A DNA stretch of 64,000 nucleotides. Source: Marsupella aquatica. Taxonomy: Eukaryota; Plantae; Marchantiophyta. The stretch covers positions 14,025,580 through 14,089,579 of the forward strand of contig OZ316894.1 in NCBI GenBank assembly GCA_973895155.1, written 5' to 3'. A program made the position numbers and the translations under genes. Below the pieces are notes generated by a model, which worked only from the letters and a program-made list of their open reading frames with translations, was not told where the DNA came from and made no database searches. Shown here piece after piece: positions 55,931-64,000 of this stretch (its first letter is position 1; the number at the start of each line of letters is the position of its first letter).

Positions 55931-58900
55931 ATGCACCCTGGTCACCACCCTCCCCAAACCCAGCCCAGGGCACAGGCACTGCCTTTGCATCATCCCACAA
56001 GGATATCACGCCATGATAATAAGCTTTGGCAGCGTGAAAGGTTACGAACCAGACTTTCAGGAGCCAGTAGGATGAGATGTCCTTGTGCAATCTGCCAAGG
56101 ATCCCGTACCAGGGGTCTGAATGAGGTTTGGCGGCATATCGCGGTTCATGGAAGAGATCCACGACATCGAGTTTGGAATGATCCTGCAGAGGAAGATTCT
56201 TCCGACGAGGAGTGGAGGTTAGAATTTGATGCTGCCAATGCTGCAAGACGGGCAAGTGAGGTTCTGCCTGGTGCATTTGAAAATGTTGTAGCTGGTCTCT
56301 GTGGGTTGTCAGCTCTCCAACGGGATGGTGCTCAAGCAGCACCACGTGACGAAGGAATTCATGTGGAAGAGATGGTGAGAGACATCTTCCAAGACTTGGA
56401 TGCATTTCATGATGGGCTGGACAACGAAGAGGATACGGCTGCAGATGCAAGTGTGCCCCCTGTCGAAGAGCCTCTTGATGAGTTTGAGATAGGGCAGGAA
56501 ACCCCTGGGCATGATGGGATGTTTGGCTCTCCCCTGCAAATACAGGAAGGCAGGAAGTCTTTGTACCCCGGTAGCAAATGTTCTAAACTGGGATTTGTCA
56601 TCATGTTCCTGAACATTTGCGGCAACCACAATGTCCCCAACGTTTTGGTTTCTGAGTTGTTGGCATTCTTGCGAACAACTGTGCTACCAGATGGTAATAT
56701 TTTGCCCAAGAACATGTATGAGGCAAAAAGATGCATATCTAATCTTGGATTGAACTATGATTCGATCCATGCCTGTCTTGATGGGCATGTTCTTTTCAGA
56801 AAGGAGTATAAAGAATCGTTGACATGCCCTAAGTGTGGGAAGCACAGGTATTGAAACTCAGGAAAGTCTATGGTTCCCGCCAAGGTACTTCGTCATTTTC
56901 CACTCATTCCCAGACTTCAGCGGATGTTCAGAAGCCGTGCCATCTCGGAGATGATGACTTGGGAAACTGACAAGAAAAGTGATGATGGGCTACAACGACA
57001 TGCTGCAGATTCAAGGCAATGGAAACTCATAGATGAGATGTATCCCGAATTTGCTGCTGAGCCGAGGAATGTCAAACTTGGGCTGTCATTGGATGGGGTA
57101 AACCCATTTGGAGACAAGAACAACAAATTTTCGTGCTGGCCTGTAACTATTTTGAATTATAACCTTCCTCCTTGGATGACTACAAAGCGATTTTTTGTTC
57201 TGATGGTCCTACTGATACCAGGGCCAGATAGTGCTGTATCTGCCAACATAGATGTGTTTCTGGCTCCCCTAGTGGAGGAATTGAGAAAGCTTTGGGAGGA
57301 AGGAGTTCTCACATATGATGTCCTACAGAGGCTTGGGAGGTTAAACCCATTCATCCTTAGAGCCATTGTCATTCTGACTATAGCTAACTACCCAGCCCAT
57401 GGGATGATATCAGGCCAAACAACAAAAGGATATTGTGCTTGTACTATCTATGGGCGCAATGTCACGAGTGAGTACTCCAGAGCCCTGCAGAAAGTGATAT
57501 ACATGGGCCATCGTCGTTTTCTAAAGGCAGATCACCCTTACAGAGAAAGACAGGCACTGATTGCACACTTTGGCAATGAGATTGAGCAACGTGGACCCCC
57601 GGCACGAGTGACCAAAGAGGAGATCAGGCAGTGGGGAGCACTGAGGGATGACTATATCAAACGAGGGGGCAGGGAAGATGGAGTGAGTGATCCAATAAAG
57701 CGATATGGTGTAAAAAGACTGAGCATATTGGACTTGGAGCTCAAGTACTGGAGGGTAAGCCTCTTGGAGTTGATGCTAATTGGGATACATGTTTTGGTTC
57801 AGAGCATGTGCATTCATTTCGAAGAGAGAGACTAAACTTGAGGCATTTCCTGACGCTTTTGCATTGCAACGATGCAGGAGTTTGAGCCAAGCAAACATAA
57901 CATTGATGTTATGCACATTGAAAAGAATATTTGTGAGAGTCTACTCAGATTCTTGTGTGGAGAGAAAGACACTGGTTCAGTGAGATTGGATCTTGAACAG
58001 AGGGGAATGAAACCCCATCTTTGGTTGAGGCCACATGCCCACAGAGCTGATGTGCTCTTGAAGTACCAAGCGCCCTATGTTCTGACAGACACAGAGTGGG
58101 AACTATTTGTGCAGAGGTTGAGTTCTTTGAAGGTTCCTTCAAACTATGGCAGTGCTTTCAAGAAGCATATCATGACTAGAAAGCTTGGTAGTATGAAAAG
58201 CCATGACTACCATATGTTGATGCAACAGGTGTTGCCTTTATGCCTGAGGGGCCTGTTGCAGAAGCCTGTTCGTACTGTGATCATGCGACTCAGTGATGTG
58301 TTTCGTCGTATTTGTGTGAAGGTTTGGGATGAAACACACTTCCCACAACTGACAGAAGATGTCGCTCAGGTGCTGTGTGACCTGGAGATTTATTTTCCTC
58401 CCGCATTTTTTGATGTCATGACCCACCTACTTGTCCATGTTGTGGAAGAGCTACACCAATTTGGGCCTGTGAGTGCTCGTTGGTTGTACCCTTTGGAATG
58501 GTACATGAAGCTACTCAAAGGTCACGTGAGAACATATTACAAACCTGAAGCAAGCATGGCTAAAGGTTACATCAAGGATGAGACTCTAGGATTTCTGACC
58601 GAATACATAGCACAATATGAGCATGTGAAGACCAGGGTGTGGAATTTTGATGAGGAGGAAGGGGTGATAGGTGAAGTACTGGAAGGGGCTGCAACCACAA
58701 AGAACCTGACCATATCTATGAGAGACTTGGCACATGACTTTGTATTGCACAACACTGTGGTGATGGAACCCTGGATACAGTGAGTGCATACATGTGCTAT
58801 AATCCAGTTCATGAGCTTAAATGTTGTGTTCGTGTGGTTTTCTCCTTCAGCCTGTTCATGTTTACCCAAGCTAATGCTGTGTGGTTGTTCGTTCAGGGAG

Positions 58901-59167
58901 TATGAGTCATTGAAGGCGGCCCATCCCACTGCAGGAACAACTTTTCCAGGTTTCATGGAGTGGATCAGAGTGGCAATTAGAGAGCATCACGAGACCCACC
59001 CAGACATGGATGCAGATGTTTACCTACTGTCTAATGCCCCTAGCCTGAAAGTGAAGACTTACAAACGGATGAGAGCATATGGGAATCACTTTCGAGTGAA
59101 GGATGGTGACAGTGCCTACAGGGTGACGAATGACTGCGGGCTCATCATTGTATTTGAGCAACAGAGC
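55931..59167 (+). pseudogene. CACTA transposase (TnpD) of element 2, with an in-frame stop at 56852-56854, truncated by element 3
   Basis: RCPCAIC, LSLDGVNPF, YNLPPW, DVMHIEKN, MKSHDYH and FPPAFFDVMTHL, with the same intron positions as element 1. The reading breaks at FEQQS, where CACTAG begins. Confidence 0.93.
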
Positions 59168-62100
59168 CACTAGAAGAATCCGAGGTGAACTGAGACCGCA
59201 ATATATGACTCATTTTGGCTCATGTGACTTCATTGTGACTCAACGTGACTTGACCCACGCTGTGACCCTTGGAGTTGCAAAAGTTGAGACCAAAAAATGG
59301 AAGTCACTATTGATACTGGGCTTTGCAACTTGCTTGATACCCATTTGTGACTGATCTGTGACTTTATTGTGGAGTCTAGCCTTGTTTCGACGTGACTGCA
59401 ATATGACTTCAGCGAGTCACATCGTAAATCACATACATGACTTACCCGCATTCAACAACGACTAGCGTGTGACTATTTAGTGTCACAGGAGAGACCAATG
59501 GAGACCCTGGCCCGCGTCACACAACAGAACCATTTGGGACTCTATATACTCATGTTTATAACTAATAAGGATCACATGCAAGTTATAACCATGACTAATG
59601 AACACAGAGGGACAGTTCATAAGAAGAGAGAGCACTCGACATTACAATACATAGAAACCTGATGTTCTAACTTTAGAAATATAACACATTGAATACAAGA
59701 AATGAACATAGCATGAATGACATCCACATGAAACAAAGCATCATATAAGCAGATCCTACATAAAACATTCATAAGAATTAAACACAATCACAATCTTGCT
59801 AAAAAATGAAGATCATTTGAATTCCAATGGAATAGTTTACAATGTGATCAATGTAATTTAGACAAAACAGGAACTCATAATTGATGACTGTAGGATGAGA
59901 TAACTGAAAGCACATGCATGATACTATGAATCTCCAAGAGGACATGATTCTTGTACTGTTTCTTGACATCTAAAATCTACATAACATGACTCACACTACA
60001 AACAAATAATGGCATGACATTGTTATGGATCCTCTATGAACTTGCTTGGCCATAATACCAAAGAACCTGCAGCATCTCCAAGTGTCTTTTGAGGAGGATC
60101 ATCATTTGTGTTTGGAATGGGAAGGACAGCTTTAGGTTTCACTAGTAATGTGACTAACACTACTGAATAACCTGGGGGAATCCTCTTGCCATGGAACGTT
60201 GTGGAACCAACCTGCACTCTGGCAAATCCTACTCGTGTTCCACTCTCATCAACAGCTAACAAGCCACTTTGTCCCTCAGCATTAGGTGCTTTCCCCACTT
60301 CCACCTTAGATCTTTCTGCCAGCACTGTTCTTGGAGGTTTGTATGAAACCTTTGACGTGGCTCTGCTCCCACCAGCAGACTTGCTTCGTGTGCGCATGCT
60401 TCCTCTCTTCACAGTAGTGAAGCTAGGCTCAGTAGGTTCCTCTGTTAGGACTGTCACAGTAGCAGGTTCATCACCTGGGAGTGTCATACCAACTAACTCT
60501 TTGGTTGGATTTATCTCAACAAGAGGCACACCTGTCATTGAGAATGATACATTCTGCAAATCATTTATCTCTGCAATGGAGTCAAGATCTACATAGCATG
60601 AATCTGGCTCAATGGTATCATTGTCATGCTTGCTGATATCCTCATTTGCCCCAACATTGATATCATCCACTCCCTTGCCAATGTCATCCTCATCCAAACA
60701 TGGTTGACTGCCCTCTGTCAAACAAGTTGCTTGTACAGACTGCAACTTTGTTGCCTCTAAATTACAGCGAGTATTTGCCAGGTTCTCATACTTCTTCTCT
60801 GTAGCACCTGTCTTATTCTCTATGGACACAACAACCACAATATATGTTACTGAAAATAACACATTCAACAAACAATGTCAATTCAAACTATACATTTAAT
60901 AATCATATCCCACACAGTTGTAAAGGCCTTACCTTCAAGCCTACATGTCGTTGGCATGCCAGAAGAGTGCATCGACTTTGCCACCTCAAGTGGTGATGGT
61001 GGAACTCCTGCAGAATTGGAATCAATTTTATCTCTCACCGACACAACAGCTTCCATTAATGTCTTGAAGTTCACATGGAACAAGTCAGTCAATGAATTCA
61101 AACGTTCATTGATCTCTGGAAGACATGTTTCGACAGCCTTCAAACGACCACTTATCTCTGTAAGTGAAGATCCACCTCCCTACATGACACAGGGGTATAG
61201 GTTCAATCACTCCATATGAAATGTTGGGCAATATATGCACAATCAATGTTATATACAGTGTACACCTGAAATTCAACGCAGGTCATTCAATTACCAATCA
61301 GAACTCATATAACTTACATGCTTGGAGGATTCAGATGCACCCTCTTGAGCCCGGGTGTTCACAATTTCAGCCCTCAACTCTTCTTTTGAAGGGCTTTGCC
61401 CCAATTGGGCTTTCTGCACATGCATGGCAAACACAAGTTATCGATCAATATTCAGGGAACGTACACTAAAAAACAAAGTTTACATGTAGGGACAGTACAC
61501 TAAAAAATAGTACATAGTGTAGCATAAATTACATAGCTAGGCCATTCATTCTTACCAAACGTTTAGCTGTCGGTGCAGTGCCGGTCCTTCCTGTCAGATT
61601 AGGGTTCTGAACACTCAACCTGGCCTCGGTCATCTGTGAACTCTTCTTTTTTGAAGCATCTGTTACAAAATAAGCTACTAACCTTGCCCACACTTTATCA
61701 TCACAACTGGCTGGTGGAGGCATATCTGGCTTCTCCCCACCTTCCTTCCAAGCCTTATGCATTCTCCACCTCTCTTGCTTGATAATTTTACCTGCTGTAC
61801 TCTCTAGGCAACCTATGTCCACGCCATCATCACTGCCCACATAATTCCATTTGGCAGCAACATTTTCACATACAGTCTTCCAATCTTTTGGATGCTGTTT
61901 TTTAAAATTAATAACACTCACATCTAACCAACGCAATACTTCAGCTTTCAAATCAGCATGCCATCGGTTCTTGCGAGGACACTCAGCATCCACCCATTGT
62001 CTCTCATTCAACTTTACGTTCCCTTTCTTTGTCACCTCCCCTCGTGCACTGCTCTCGGTAGTACTGGGCGTTGTATTGGCCACCCCTTCATTCACCCTAC

Positions 62101-64000
62101 CTGGGGTTCTGAAGCCACCTGGGAAAATACAATGCCATTCATGCTTGAGAACTACATATAGCAGAATGGATGACGGCAACATTCAATGCTTCACTTCAAG
62201 AAAAATTCTTCAAACATACATACCTGTAGCTCTGCCTGTAGATGCCTGTGCAGGGACTGCACTCTGAAATTGTTGCGACCCTGGACCACCTGTCCAGCCT
62301 AGTACAGGGGCCGGATGATGTCACTTTCTAGGTATGTGTGTGCAAACATATGTACTGAAAACTAAGTACAAACTGTAGGAAAACAACTGAACATTCACCG
62401 ACATACCTGTCCCCCTTCCGTGCTGCATCTGCATAGGGGCATTAGTGAATACTTGAGTCGATGGTTCGACTGTCCAACCTGCACACATACATTTTCTATC
62501 ATTATACATGTGCAGAGTCCCCCCCACGTGAATGGACTCCACATATAATGAGTTCTTCCATTGCTGACAAGATCAGACATTACCTGCTCCTCTTCCAGCG
62601 TTTGTAGGTACTGAATTTTGATATCCCTGCCAATTACCTTCACCACCTTCCCAACCTTGTTCATTCCACGACCCACCACCATCCTCCCAACCTGGTTCAA
62701 CCCATGTCTGTCCTTGTGGACATTGGAACTGATCATTACTAGCATTTGCCCAATCAGGTTGGGCAGAATCTGCATGCAATGGCAGGTGGACAGAATTTCA
62801 TGTTGTCTGAATCCAATACATCCCAAACAATGTCAAAAATTGATATGCAGTCTGAAATTCAGGAGTGCCATGCCTTCACAAAGAACTGGCATATAGATAT
62901 ATACTCACATCCCCACGGTTGAGGTGGACGTCCATACCCACGAGATTGTGGGTTTGGACCTGCTCTGCCTCTACCACGGGCATAACCTAGAGCTTGCCCC
63001 CTGCCATAGTATTGGGCACCAGCCTGGGATCTACCACTACTACCACCTCGCCAACCTTGATCAGAGGTCAGCCCCCCCTGCTGGTATGGTGCATGCACAG
63101 GCTTCGAAGGCAAAACAGAACTGGCAGGACGCTGCATCACATCACCAACTACAATGTCAGGAACTAAGCAAGGTACATATGTGTAGTACTGAACATATGA
63201 AACCTCTAAACAAGAGTTTTTAACTCAAAACCTTGTTGGGAAAACTACTTACATGTTTCTTTTGGGGCTGCTCTGCAATGTATTCATCTTCATAACCCCC
63301 ATCCTCATCCATTTCCTCTGGAAAATACTCATCATCTGCATCTTCTTGTCTAGTGTCTGCACCCACCTGTGCAGCATCAATGTCATCTCCACATTCTGCC
63401 ATTGTAGGTACGACCTTCTTGCTCAACCTGTCACTCCGACGCACAGGCCCAGAGATAGTGCTGGTCACCCTTCTTGCGTACTCCTTTTGTTTCTTTGAAA
63501 ATGCTGTGGCTCTGCGACATTCCAATATGAGAATACAGTCACAATTTCAGTGCCACATTGAACTATTCATGTCACACAAACTCAGCGGAGGGGTGTAGTT
63601 GAGAATCGTTCCCTTACAATTCAGCCACATCCTTTTCCAGATCCAGTTCTGCGATTTTGGCTTTCACGTATGCTCGTTGTTCCATAGCTTTCCTTTCATA
63701 CTCACACATCTCTGTGTCACTCTGTTCCATCCTACTGGACCACAAAAACATGTCATCTATGGTCACCCCGTATAACACAATGCAACCACAATCACCAGGC
63801 ATCCATCCATACATCTGTGTTGCTTCAGAATTACTTTATTACACATCCTTCCCCTCACTAATGTCTATGCAAACAATTCACATTACTCATGGCACAGGCA
63901 CACTGTTGGCATCTGCATCTCTGAATTCGCCTCCTTCAGCAAATGCATCTACCCTTGTCACAGGAATGAAGTCCCCGCTATCATGAACTACAGGCACTTG
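59168..64000 (-). mobile_element. CACTA element 3 (3' end), inserted in inverted orientation into the element 2 transposase; continues off the right edge
   Basis: TIR CACTAGAAGAATCCGAGG...GAGACC at 59168, dense subterminal (T)GTGACT/AGTCAC repeats up to about 59520, then a minus-strand TnpA-like gene. Confidence 0.85.
60023..63814 (-). CDS. Multi-exon TnpA-like gene of CACTA element 3 (5' end uncertain)
   Basis: KNRWHADLKAEVLRWLD...KQERWRM...MPPP...SSQMTEAR and C-terminal FHGKRIPP...LPIPNTNDDPPQKTLGDAAGSLVLWP, homologous to 23540-26715. RGG/Gly-rich exons lie upstream. Confidence 0.78.

Larger units (their letters stand above)
47445..59167 (+). mobile_element. CACTA element 2 (left part; interrupted at 59168, right end outside the window)
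   Basis: Left TIR CACTAGAAGAAAACGTCCCC...GAGACC and subterminal GACT/AGTCA motifs. It has the same cargo-transposase order as element 1. Confidence 0.88.

Overview
Eukaryotic land-plant nuclear DNA. The gene style suggests a non-seed plant such as a bryophyte, but this is inference. Three host genes lie on the minus strand: the 5' part of a protein farnesyltransferase alpha subunit gene (11-943), a two-exon SAMBA-like APC/C regulator (1080-1617) whose stop is only 136 bp upstream of it, and a complete 10-exon phospholipase D delta-type gene (36347-42075). The rest is dominated by nested transposons. A Ty1/copia element (8515-31149; 439-bp LTRs, TAATT TSD) is interrupted by a complete 16.6-kb CACTA element (10986-27541; ATG TSD). 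A second CACTA starts at 47445 and is interrupted at 59168 by a third, inverted CACTA. There are also a solo LTR, a hAT-type non-autonomous element, a fold-back MITE and degenerate repeats. The main finding is that two different CACTA elements carry the same ordered, intact cassette of accessory genes upstream of the transposase. It comprises an orphan Cys/His-rich 149-aa ORF, a stand-alone EDM2-type composite PHD finger and a tandem DNA-polymerase-lambda-like BRCT protein, plus an F-box protein in one copy only. This is a candidate transposon-encoded system for manipulating host chromatin/anti-silencing and DNA repair. Family calls come from remembered motifs and by-eye alignments; no searches were run.
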